Assembly (NCBI GenBank): GCA_023229985.1
Contig: JALNYF010000002.1
Location: 3,537-67,536 of the forward strand
Length of the DNA: 64,000 nucleotides
Source of the DNA: Bacteroidales bacterium
GTDB lineage: Bacteria; Bacteroidota; Bacteroidia; Bacteroidales; WCHB1-69
Direction: 5' to 3'
Part shown: positions 46,267 through 54,861 of the stretch, one piece after another
Numbering within the stretch: position 1 is the first letter of the stretch
Layout: every line of letters starts with the position of its first letter
Made by a program: the position numbers and the translations under genes
Notes under the pieces: model-generated
The model's input: only the letters and a program-made list of their open reading frames with translations
The model's database searches: none
What the model was told of the DNA's origin: nothing

Positions 46267-49215
46267 ATGCGGAACAAAGGTTTAGTTTTATTTTTCACAA
46301 TACTGATTGCACTTACTTGCTTGTATTGCTTATCATTTTCTTTTGTTACTTCGAAAGTAGAGAAAGATGCGAAAGAATTTGCGAATGAACCGACAGCCCT
46401 TACAGAGGTAATGAAAATAGCCGGGAATGACAAAGTGTTGGCGAAACATCTTCAAGATTCACTCATTTATGCGAGAGAAAAGAGTTACTTGTCAAGTATG
46501 CGTGATTCTTCCATTTTTCTCGGATTTACCTATAAAGAGTGTAAGTATAAGGAATTGAATTTGGGTCTGGACTTGAAAGGCGGTATGAACGTTACTTTGG
46601 AAATCGCTTCTCCTGATGTAGTGAGCAGCTTGGCAGATAGTAAGGATTCAAATTTTAATATCTGTTTTGCAGATGCCGTAAAAGCATACAATCATGGGAA
46701 AAATGGCGATGACTTTGTAGATATATTTGTCAATTCTTTTAATAAGAAAAAAAGTGCGAACGCCAGCTTAGCCACTTATTTTGGAGACAGAATGTCCAAA
46801 AAAAGTGCTTCTGATGACGAAGTAATAGAATTTATCAAGCAGCGTCGCGATGAAATCCAAGATCAAACCTTTAAAATCTTACGTACCCGTATTGACCGAT
46901 TCGGTGTTGCCCAACCTAATTTGGAAAAATTACAAGGGGGTCGTATTTTGGTTGAATTACCAGGTGTAAAAGAAAAAGAACGTGTTGAAGAATTATTGAA
47001 AAGTACCGCTCAATTGGAATTTTGGGAAGTGTATAAAGATATTAACCAAGGTGCCAATATCCAAATGCTCTTTGCCAATGCCGCAAAAACCGCTTCGCAA
47101 ACTGCTGACGCTCCCGATTCATTGGCCTTGGCTTCCTTAATGTCTAAATCTGTTAATACCGACGGCATGGCTATCGGCTTCTTCAAAGAAGTTGATACCG
47201 CTATGGTTGGAAAATGTTTAGGATTGATCAGAGCCAAATTGCCGATTGATGATGTTGTCTTTTATTGGGGGGCCCCCGAAAAACGCTTCGATAATGCCTT
47301 CCCGTTGGTGCCTTTGAAAAAAACATCCGACTTCGGACCGGCTTTGAGCAGCCAAACCATCAACGGCGACCGTATCGTGAGAGATGCCCGTCAAGATGTG
47401 GATGAATATAATCGAGTTGTTGTTTCTATGTCTATGGAAGATGCCGCTACCAAGGAATGGCAAAGAATTACTAAAAATGCTGTTGACAATCAACAAACCA
47501 AGGGTCAAACCAATGTCGCTATCGTCTTAGACCAATTTGTTTATTCATATCCTACCATTCAAAGCGAAATTCAAAACGGTAACTCTCAAATTTCCGGTAA
47601 CTTTACCATTGATGAAGCAAAGGACTTAGCCACCGTTTTAAATTCAGGTAACTTGGAAGTAGGCGTTAATATCGTGGCTTCCGAAGTAGTTGGACCTACC
47701 TTGGGACAAGAATCCATCAACTCTGGTTTGTTCTCATTTTTAATTGCCTTCATATTAGTTCTTATATACATGTTCTTATATTATGACAAAGCCGGTCTCG
47801 TTGCCGATGTCGCTTTGCTGTTGAACGTGTTCTTCATCATCGGTGTGTTAGCTTCCTTGGGGGCCGTTTTGACATTGCCCGGTATCGCCGGTATCGTACT
47901 TACATTAGGTATGGCGGTGGATGCGAATGTAATTATTTTTGAACGCGTTCGAGAAGAGCTCAGAAACGGAAAGGGTATGCGCTTGGCCATTGAAGAAGGT
48001 TTCAAAAATGCATATTCCGCTATTATCGACGGTAACGTAACAACCTTAATCACCGCAATCGTATTGTACATATTCGGTTCCGGTCCGGTTCAAGGTTTCG
48101 CCACCACCTTAATTATCGGTTTGCTCTCCTCCATGTTTACCGCTATTTTGATTTCACGATTGATTTTTGAAAGAAGGTTGGCTAAAGGCAGAAATATCAA
48201 ATTTGGAAATAGCAAAACTATTAACGCTTTCTCCGGCACTCGTTTCGATTTCCTGAAAACGAAAAAATATTTCTATACTTTATCTATATCATTATCATTG
48301 ATTGCCATTATCTCTTTCTTTACTTTAGGTTTAAATCCGGGTATTGATTTTACTGGTGGTCGTAACTATGTAGTACGTTTTGACCAAACCGTGAACCCTG
48401 AAGTTGCCCGCCGCGCGGTAACCGACGCTTTCGGTGGCAGTCCGCAAGTAAAAACTTTTGGAAACGATGATCAATTGAGAGTCACGGTTAATTACAAAAT
48501 TGATGAAAATAGTTCCGAAGCAGAAAAAGAGTGTTATCAAAAATTGTATAATTCTTTGAAACCTTTGTACAAAAATTCGATTTCATACAAAAATTTTACC
48601 GAACCGAATGAAGGTGCTGTGGGAATCCAAAGTTATCAAAAAGTACAAGGAACCATTGCCCAAGAATTGTTAATGGATGCAGTTTGGGCAGTTGTCATAT
48701 CTTTATTCCTTATCTTTATTTATATAGCAATCCGATTCAAAAATTGGCAATTCGGTCTTGGTGGCGTAGTTACCTTAATTCACGATGCCTTACTCACCAT
48801 CGGTATCTTCTCCTTATTCTATAAGGTTTCTCCTTTCTCAATGGAAGTTGACCAATCCTTTATTGCGGCGATTCTTACCGTAATCGGTTATTCTATCAAT
48901 AATGTTGTTATTATCTATGACCGTATTCGTGAAAACTTGGCGTTATATCCCAAAACCGAAAATTATATCAACTTCAATTCTGCTGTAAACAGTACATTAG
49001 GACGTACTGTCAATACATGCGGAACCACTATCATTGTTTTACTTGCCATCTTTATTTTTGGTGGCGAAGTAATCCGCGGTTTCGTATTTGCAATGGGTGC
49101 CGGTATCTTAATTGGTACTTATTCGGGTATCTTTATCGCCACTCCACTTGCTTTTGATATGCTTAAACTTTCAAAGAAAAAAGTAAAAGTTGCCAAAGTG
49201 CAATTGACAAAATAA
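46267..49215 (+). CDS. secDF: protein translocase subunit SecDF (fused)
   Basis: 982 aa. N-terminal TM helix, a large periplasmic domain, a SecD TM bundle (GPTLGQESI..., GIAGIVLTLGMAVDANVIIFERVREE) and a SecF half (GIDFTGG..., IHDALLTIGIFS). Confidence 0.92.
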   Translation: MRNKGLVLFFTILIALTCLYCLSFSFVTSKVEKDAKEFANEPTALTEVMKIAGNDKVLAKHLQDSLIYAREKSYLSSMRDSSIFLGFTYKECKYKELNLGLDLKGGMNVTLEIASPDVVSSLADSKDSNFNICFADAVKAYNHGKNGDDFVDIFVNSFNKKKSANASLATYFGDRMSKKSASDDEVIEFIKQRRDEIQDQTFKILRTRIDRFGVAQPNLEKLQGGRILVELPGVKEKERVEELLKSTAQLEFWEVYKDINQGANIQMLFANAAKTASQTADAPDSLALASLMSKSVNTDGMAIGFFKEVDTAMVGKCLGLIRAKLPIDDVVFYWGAPEKRFDNAFPLVPLKKTSDFGPALSSQTINGDRIVRDARQDVDEYNRVVVSMSMEDAATKEWQRITKNAVDNQQTKGQTNVAIVLDQFVYSYPTIQSEIQNGNSQISGNFTIDEAKDLATVLNSGNLEVGVNIVASEVVGPTLGQESINSGLFSFLIAFILVLIYMFLYYDKAGLVADVALLLNVFFIIGVLASLGAVLTLPGIAGIVLTLGMAVDANVIIFERVREELRNGKGMRLAIEEGFKNAYSAIIDGNVTTLITAIVLYIFGSGPVQGFATTLIIGLLSSMFTAILISRLIFERRLAKGRNIKFGNSKTINAFSGTRFDFLKTKKYFYTLSISLSLIAIISFFTLGLNPGIDFTGGRNYVVRFDQTVNPEVARRAVTDAFGGSPQVKTFGNDDQLRVTVNYKIDENSSEAEKECYQKLYNSLKPLYKNSISYKNFTEPNEGAVGIQSYQKVQGTIAQELLMDAVWAVVISLFLIFIYIAIRFKNWQFGLGGVVTLIHDALLTIGIFSLFYKVSPFSMEVDQSFIAAILTVIGYSINNVVIIYDRIRENLALYPKTENYINFNSAVNSTLGRTVNTCGTTIIVLLAIFIFGGEVIRGFVFAMGAGILIGTYSGIFIATPLAFDMLKLSKKKVKVAKVQLTK

Positions 49216-49235
49216 ATTTTCAAGAAATTAATTGT

Positions 49236-49288
49236 AATTAAGTTGCTATAATTGAAATATTTTTTCTATTTTAGCAACTTAATTTTTT
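49236..49288 (+). terminator. terminator hairpin after secDF
   Basis: Perfect 13-bp stem AATTAAGTTGCTA (49236-49248) / TAGCAACTTAATT (49272-49284) with a 23-nt loop, running into a T-run. Confidence 0.6.
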
Positions 49289-49308
49289 AAAATAAAACGA
49301 GTACAATT

Positions 49309-51828
49309 ATGAGATTATTTAAACCCGTAGTTTTAATTTTAAGTGTTTTATTCTTAATGAGTTATGTCTTAAAAGCTCAAATTGTAAAACCCGCTGATGA
49401 GGCATTCCGGACTTTCAAATATGAGAAAGCTTTGCAGGAATATAAGAAAGTTGTGAGTAAAATTCGCAAGAATAAAGTCGAAACGCGTCGTGTAACCTAT
49501 CAAATTGCCGAATGCTATCGCATTATGGGTGACGTTAAACATGCTAAAAAACAATATGAAGGTTTATATAAGAAGAACTATCAAAAAGATAATCCGCTTT
49601 TGTTGTTCCATTTGGGAAATATTTTCATTAGTGAAGGTGATTATGAACAAGCTCTTAAGTATTTCCAAGAGTTTAAAAAACGCGATGCCGACGACCCGCG
49701 TGCAGATATGATGATCGAATCATGCGCCAAAGCGAAAGCATGGAAAGATAATCCTACCCGTTATGAGGTATTCCCACTTAAAAAATTTAATACCCGTAAC
49801 GACGAATGGGCTCCACGCTGGGGAAATCCTGATAGAATGACCCAAATGATATTTACCTCTAACAGAGACGGCTCTATCGGAAAACACACCGATCAATGGA
49901 CAGGTGTCTCTTGCTCAGACATTTATATTTCCGAACTTCCTAAAAGTAGAAATACCGAGTGGCCCGGCGAATGGTCACCTATCGTCTCTATTGAGGAAAA
50001 TGAAATTATCAATACACAGGTTAATGAAGGCGAAGCCTCTGCCAACCGCAAAGGAACCGCCCTATATTATAGCTTCTGCCCACAAGATAAAAAACAAGTT
50101 AAAGGTTGCTATATCTATTCTACTACCAAAAAAGGAAAAGATTGGACAGAGCCTGAAATGATTAATTTAGGTCCCGATACCTTTAATTATGTGCATCCTT
50201 TTGTGACAGGTGACGAACTTACGCTCTATTTCTCATCCAATAAACCCGGCGGTTCCGGCGGCTATGACCTTTATAAAGCTACCCGTTCCAAAAAATCAAA
50301 ACCCTTTGAAAAAATTGTTAACTTAGGAAGCGTTATCAATACAAAAGGACATGAAGTATTTCCTGCCTTACGCGGCGATACCCTGCTTTATTTCTCCTCA
50401 GATGGTCATCCCGGAATGGGCGGCTTGGACATTTTCCGTGCTGAATACCAAAACGGAACTTACCAAAAACCCGAAAATTTACTATACCCCATCAACTCAG
50501 AGGGAGACGAAATTGGTATCATGTTTGATGATTCCCCATCTTTAGACCCTAAATCAAAATCTCCTTACGTGGATAAAGGCTATTTTTCCTCTAATCGTGC
50601 CGGCGGAAAAGGCGGCGACGACATCTATTACTTCCTGCTCCGTCCATTGGTTTATACCATCGCCGGTTTCGTAAAAGATGCGATGACTTTGCAATATATT
50701 GACGGTGCCACAGTTGAAATTATCGGCTCTGACGGGACTTCTTATTCTACCAAAACTGATGTGAAAGGTTATTATAAATTTGATAAAGAAAAAATATTAG
50801 GGAACACCACTTATCAAATGACCGTCACAAAACCAAAATATTTTAGAGAAAATAATACCGCCTCACAAACGACGGTGGGATTAAATGAAAACACGGATTT
50901 AAAACAAGATTTCCAATTGACCCCAATACCGAAAGAACCTATTGTACTCCCCGAAATTCTGTACGACCTTGCTAAATGGGATATTAAACCGCAATACGAA
51001 GATTCATTACTCGCCGTATATAACATTATGACCAAAAATCCAACCTTAGTTGTTGAATTACGTTCTCACACCGACTCCCGCGATACGGATGAGAAGAATG
51101 AAATTCTTTCCCAAAATCGTGCACAGGCGTGTGTAGATTTCTTAGTGAATATAAAAGGCATTGACCCGAACAGAATCCAGCCCAAGGGTTATGGTGAGTA
51201 TGTTCCCCGTAAGTTGGAAAGCGATAAGATTAGCGTTTATAATGGAAAATCTTTTACTTTTAAAAAAGGAACATTGTTAACCGATGAGTACATCAATTCG
51301 TTGTCTTCAAATGCTGAAAAAGAAGCCGCTCACCAACTCAATCGTAGAACAGAATTGTACGTTTTGCGTGATGACTATGTGCCGAAAGGCGATAGTATTG
51401 CTCCTATTACTGATGCTAATAAAATTAGTGTTATTAAACAAAGAACATTCCCCATTACCATAGAAAAAGGAATTGTTCAAGGTACTTGTATTGCCAATAA
51501 TAAGACTTTCTCATTTGAAATGGTTCCCGGCGGCGACATTTACATGAACTACGCCGATGCAACCCGTTTCTTGAAAGAGATGATTATTACCGTTAACGAT
51601 TTTGAAGAAAAAGCTGCAGCTATCAATGCGGAAGACGGCTCTATTATTGAAAATGCTGTTCTTTATTTAAACGATATGAAGTTTGGGGATGACTATGCTG
51701 AAAATGTGAAAGTTATTGTAAAGAAAGGACTTACCGCTCCATTCCTTATCGGTGAAGAATTTATTACCAATGAATTTGGAACATACAAGGTTGATAAAGC
51801 TCAAAAATTAATTATCTTTGACAAATAG
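49309..51828 (+). CDS. large OmpA-family protein: TPR, PD40/TolB-like repeats, CarbopepD_reg-like domain, OmpA C-terminal domain and an extra C-terminal domain
   Basis: 839 aa with a signal peptide. TPR-like N-terminus. Repeated FSSN/GGxGGxDIY motifs (LYFSSNKPGGSGGYDLYKA, LYFSSDGHPGMGGLDIFRA, GYFSSNRAGGKGGDDIYYF). YTIAGFVKDAMT...DVKGYYKF. OmpA core ELRSHTDSRDTDEKNEILSQNRAQA...NRRTELYV. About 150 further residues follow. Confidence 0.75.
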   Translation: MRLFKPVVLILSVLFLMSYVLKAQIVKPADEAFRTFKYEKALQEYKKVVSKIRKNKVETRRVTYQIAECYRIMGDVKHAKKQYEGLYKKNYQKDNPLLLFHLGNIFISEGDYEQALKYFQEFKKRDADDPRADMMIESCAKAKAWKDNPTRYEVFPLKKFNTRNDEWAPRWGNPDRMTQMIFTSNRDGSIGKHTDQWTGVSCSDIYISELPKSRNTEWPGEWSPIVSIEENEIINTQVNEGEASANRKGTALYYSFCPQDKKQVKGCYIYSTTKKGKDWTEPEMINLGPDTFNYVHPFVTGDELTLYFSSNKPGGSGGYDLYKATRSKKSKPFEKIVNLGSVINTKGHEVFPALRGDTLLYFSSDGHPGMGGLDIFRAEYQNGTYQKPENLLYPINSEGDEIGIMFDDSPSLDPKSKSPYVDKGYFSSNRAGGKGGDDIYYFLLRPLVYTIAGFVKDAMTLQYIDGATVEIIGSDGTSYSTKTDVKGYYKFDKEKILGNTTYQMTVTKPKYFRENNTASQTTVGLNENTDLKQDFQLTPIPKEPIVLPEILYDLAKWDIKPQYEDSLLAVYNIMTKNPTLVVELRSHTDSRDTDEKNEILSQNRAQACVDFLVNIKGIDPNRIQPKGYGEYVPRKLESDKISVYNGKSFTFKKGTLLTDEYINSLSSNAEKEAAHQLNRRTELYVLRDDYVPKGDSIAPITDANKISVIKQRTFPITIEKGIVQGTCIANNKTFSFEMVPGGDIYMNYADATRFLKEMIITVNDFEEKAAAINAEDGSIIENAVLYLNDMKFGDDYAENVKVIVKKGLTAPFLIGEEFITNEFGTYKVDKAQKLIIFDK

Positions 51829-52993
51829 ATTATTAATCATATTGTTGTTGTTTAATTTGTGCACTCCCACGGTAGCTCAGCCTATTGTGGGAGCTGCTTT
51901 AACGGACGATTACTTTCCCTTGATAGAAGGGAAAAATGTAGCTATTTGTGGCAATCACACTTCAACGATTGGGAATATCCATTTGTTGGATTCGTTATTG
52001 AACGCGCACTTCTCCGTAAAAGCAATTTTTTGTCCGGAGCATGGTTTCCGCGGCGAAGCCGAAGCCGGCGCTACTATCAACGCATCTGTTGATTCAAAAT
52101 CCGGCATACCCATCATTTCTCTTTATGGAAAAAATAAAAAACCGATACCGGAACAGCTACAAAATATTGACGTTATCTTATTTGATATTCAAGATGTTGG
52201 CTGCCGTTTTTATACTTATATTTCTACCTTGCACTATGTAATGGAAGCCGCGGCGGAAAATCACGTCAGCGTGATTGTTCTCGATCGTCCTAATCCGAAC
52301 GGTTATTTTGTGGATGGTCCGGTCTTAGAACTGCCTTATCGCTCTTTTGTCGGTATGCACCCTGTTCCGGTTGTTCACGGCATGACCATCGGGGAGTACG
52401 CTGTTATGGTGAACGAAGAAGGGTGGTTAGCCAATGGGATTCATTGTGACCTGCATGTTGTGAAGATGAAGCAATATTCACACGCTATGCGCTATTCCTT
52501 GCCCATAGCACCTTCTCCCAATTTACAGACTGATGAAGCGGTTTATCTATATCCTTCGTTGTGTCTTTTTGAAGGAACTACGGTGAGCTTAGGGCGGGGA
52601 ACCGAATTGCCGTTTCAGATTTTTGGGTCCCCCGATTTGACGATGGGAGATTATTTTTTCACCCCGCAACCTATCCAAGGGGTGTCAGAAAATCCGCCAC
52701 ACAAGAATGAAAAATGCAGAGGTTTTAACCTTACTACTTTTGCACAAGAAAACATGGATTCTGTCAATTCATTTTCCATTCATTATTTGATAACTGCTTA
52801 CCAAAATAGTACCAACAAGGAGGCTTTCTTCACGAACGCGTCTTTTTTTGATAAATTGGCCGGCACGAGCACCCTTCGCCAACAGATTATCGAAGGTGTT
52901 CCCGAAGCTGCCATTCGACAAACGTGGCAGCCCGCCATCAGTGATTTTAAAAATATTAGAAAAAAATATTTATTATATCCCGATTTCGAATGA
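51818..52993 (+). CDS. namZ: DUF1343 family protein (exo-beta-N-acetylmuramidase NamZ-like)
   Basis: 391 aa. Signal peptide, then GKNVAICGNHTS, FCPEHGFRGEAEAG and LFDIQDVGCRFYTYIST, as I recall for DUF1343/NamZ. TTG start at 51818, overlapping the upstream gene by 11 nt. TGA stop. Confidence 0.7.
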   Translation: MTNRLLIILLLFNLCTPTVAQPIVGAALTDDYFPLIEGKNVAICGNHTSTIGNIHLLDSLLNAHFSVKAIFCPEHGFRGEAEAGATINASVDSKSGIPIISLYGKNKKPIPEQLQNIDVILFDIQDVGCRFYTYISTLHYVMEAAAENHVSVIVLDRPNPNGYFVDGPVLELPYRSFVGMHPVPVVHGMTIGEYAVMVNEEGWLANGIHCDLHVVKMKQYSHAMRYSLPIAPSPNLQTDEAVYLYPSLCLFEGTTVSLGRGTELPFQIFGSPDLTMGDYFFTPQPIQGVSENPPHKNEKCRGFNLTTFAQENMDSVNSFSIHYLITAYQNSTNKEAFFTNASFFDKLAGTSTLRQQIIEGVPEAAIRQTWQPAISDFKNIRKKYLLYPDFE

Positions 52994-53580
52994 TAACTTC
53001 CATTGTAGATATTGATACACAGTTTTTTTTGTTTCTCAACGGTCTTCATGCCGATTGGTTGGACCCGTTTTTTTACTATTTTTCGCAAATTTATACTTGG
53101 GTTCCTCTATACCTTCTTGTTCTATTTTTTATCATCAAAAAATGGGGGAAACGGGCTCTTATCATCATTCCGTTATTGATATTGACGATTGTTTGCACTG
53201 ATCAGAGCTGTAATATTATCAAACGGACTGTGCAGCGCGAGCGGCCCAGTCATCGGTCGGAAATTTCTGCCGAAATACATTTGGTTCCTGACACAAGTGG
53301 TGAATTGTATCGTGGCGGTCACTATGGATTTCCATCTGCACATGCGACAAATTCCATTGCTTTTGTCTTATTTTTCATATTTTTTGTTGCACAAAAAAAG
53401 AAATGGCTAATGGCAATTGCAATTTTATGGTCTTTGCTTATGGCATACAGCAGAATTTATCTGGGTGTGCATTATCCGTTAGACATTCTATGTGGTTTAA
53501 TATTAGGATGTTGCTGGAGTTTACTGTGGATATGGGTATTCTTTCGGTACGGAAATAAATGCTTTTCGAAAAAAGAATAA
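52990..53580 (+). CDS. PAP2 superfamily lipid phosphatase
   Basis: 196 aa, polytopic. PAP2 motifs KRTVQRERPS, FPSAHAT and SRIYLGVHYPLD. The start overlaps the namZ stop (ATGA). Confidence 0.85.
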   Translation: MITSIVDIDTQFFLFLNGLHADWLDPFFYYFSQIYTWVPLYLLVLFFIIKKWGKRALIIIPLLILTIVCTDQSCNIIKRTVQRERPSHRSEISAEIHLVPDTSGELYRGGHYGFPSAHATNSIAFVLFFIFFVAQKKKWLMAIAILWSLLMAYSRIYLGVHYPLDILCGLILGCCWSLLWIWVFFRYGNKCFSKKE

Positions 53581-53618
53581 ATTTTTCTATTTTATGAAGA
53601 GGGTATCGAATTTTTTTA

Positions 53619-53626
53619 TAAATTTG
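53619..53626 (+). promoter_or_regulatory. candidate -7 box TAAATTTG for tRNA-Pro
   Basis: TAnnTTTG 12 nt upstream of tRNA position 1, followed by CAGCCTCAAA (identical to 3371-3380). Confidence 0.6.
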
Positions 53627-53637
53627 CAGCCTCAAAT

Positions 53638-53711
53638 CGGGGTGTGGCGCAGTTGGCTAGCGTACTTGCATGGGGTGCAAGGGGTCGGAAGTTCGAGTCT
53701 TCTCACCCCGA
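53638..53711 (+). tRNA. tRNA-Pro (anticodon GGG)
   Basis: Hand-folded cloverleaf: acceptor CGGGGTG/CACCCCG, D-arm GCGC-AGTTGGCTA-GCGT, anticodon arm CTTGC-ATGGGGT-GCAAG (U33, G37), variable loop GGGTC, T-arm GGAAG-TTCGAGT-CTTCT, discriminator A. CCA is not encoded. Confidence 0.92.
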
Positions 53712-54020
53712 CTGATACAAAAGACTGATAAACAGTCTGTTCCATCAAAATCAAGTGTTGCAAAAATTTGCAACACTTGCAAAAATGGAGAGATCATCAA
53801 GAGAGTTTTTAATCTAGAAAGCAAAACCAAAACCATTCATTTTCGGTAAAAAGTAAAGATCAAAATCAATAAAAAATTTTGAAGTCTTTTCTTTTTTTTG
53901 TCTTGATACAATAAGTAATGAAAAAAATCAAGTCGCGTAAATTGCCACACGCAGCGAAGATAAGTTTGAAGCACACTATACTTTAGCGGTTGTCTAAAAT
54001 TCTAGGAACATTATACATAA

Positions 54021-54050
54021 AAAAACTCGCACCGAAAGATGCGAGTTTTT
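54021..54050 (-). terminator. rho-independent (bidirectional-looking) terminator after the mini-lipoprotein gene
   Basis: Stem CTCGCA (54026-54031) / TGCGAG (54040-54045) with loop CCGAAAGA, flanked by A5 and T5 runs that extend the stem. Confidence 0.7.
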
Positions 54051-54072
54051 AAGAAAATAATTTTTCTCACGA

Positions 54073-54279
54073 CTAATTGCATACCATTTTTATGGTAACA
54101 CCATCCGAAGTGGCCGTTGATTCTAAATCGGCACATTGTTGTGCACCCGTTAAATTCATTTCCGTTCTGCTGACTTCCGTGCCATTTTCAGTAGTGACAC
54201 AAGTACAAGTTTTTTTACATGAGCCAAATAAAGCTACACATAAAGTAGCAACTGCTAAAATTGAAATTACTTTTTTCAT
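54073..54279 (-). CDS. small Cys-rich lipoprotein (68 aa), function unknown
   Basis: MKKVISILAVATLCVALFGSC is a signal peptide with a lipobox-like cysteine. The mature part of about 47 aa has five further or flanking Cys (CKKTCTC...QQC...VCN). It has its own -7 box and terminator. Confidence 0.6.
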   Translation of the reverse strand: MKKVISILAVATLCVALFGSCKKTCTCVTTENGTEVSRTEMNLTGAQQCADLESTATSDGVTIKMVCN

Positions 54280-54314
54280 GAAAATAATTTTTAAGTTTGT
54301 AATAAAATTCGTTG

Positions 54315-54322
54315 CAAATATA
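54315..54322 (-). promoter_or_regulatory. candidate -7 box (TATATTTG on the minus strand) for the mini-lipoprotein gene
   Basis: The plus strand reads CAAATATA, 36 nt upstream of the ATG at 54279. Confidence 0.5.
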
Positions 54323-54861
54323 CTAATAATATTTATTAATTAAGAAAAATATTATACTTTTCTTAATTATTTATCAATAATATAACATACTGATTATTAG
54401 TTTTTTATATTAAATACTTAATTATATTAATATTTGAATAATTAATTAGTATTTCTTCAAGAAAAATTTGGAATTTATTTTGAAGTTTTATCGAAGAAAA
54501 GTACGAGGTAATAATTTTTCTAATAGTGATGTATTTTGTTGCGGATTTTTCTCCAACTCTTATTATCATTATAATAGAGTGGAGTTGGCACCATTTTTCT
54601 AAAGAACGCTTTAGGTTAAGAGTGGAATAGGTGCTGTATTCTTCTTATGTATCGGCTTTGTACCATATTTCCGTAATCAAAAATTGCTTGTTCTCTTGTC
54701 TCAGCTTCGCACAAAAAGCATTCACATATAATTTAAAACAGTTAAACCTTCCAATTTATGAAATTTTATCAATACCTTGAACCAAGGATAGTTAATAATT
54801 TTTGAAAGAAGCGAAGTAGAAAGCAATCATTGTATTTATTGTGAGTGTCGAAAAATGTCGG

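Noticed and set aside
47267-47277. The GGGGGGCCCCC palindrome inside secDF as a regulatory or recombination site
   Set aside because: It encodes W-G-A-P in frame within a conserved protein, and nothing flanking it suggests function. It is most likely coincidental codon choice.
53712-54861. An integrated mobile element or genomic islet at the 3' side of tRNA-Pro
   Set aside because: There is no integrase, transposase or phage-like ORF. I could not find a direct repeat of the tRNA 3' end downstream. The only gene is a 68-aa lipoprotein. The interval is reported as unexplained DNA, not as a mobile element.
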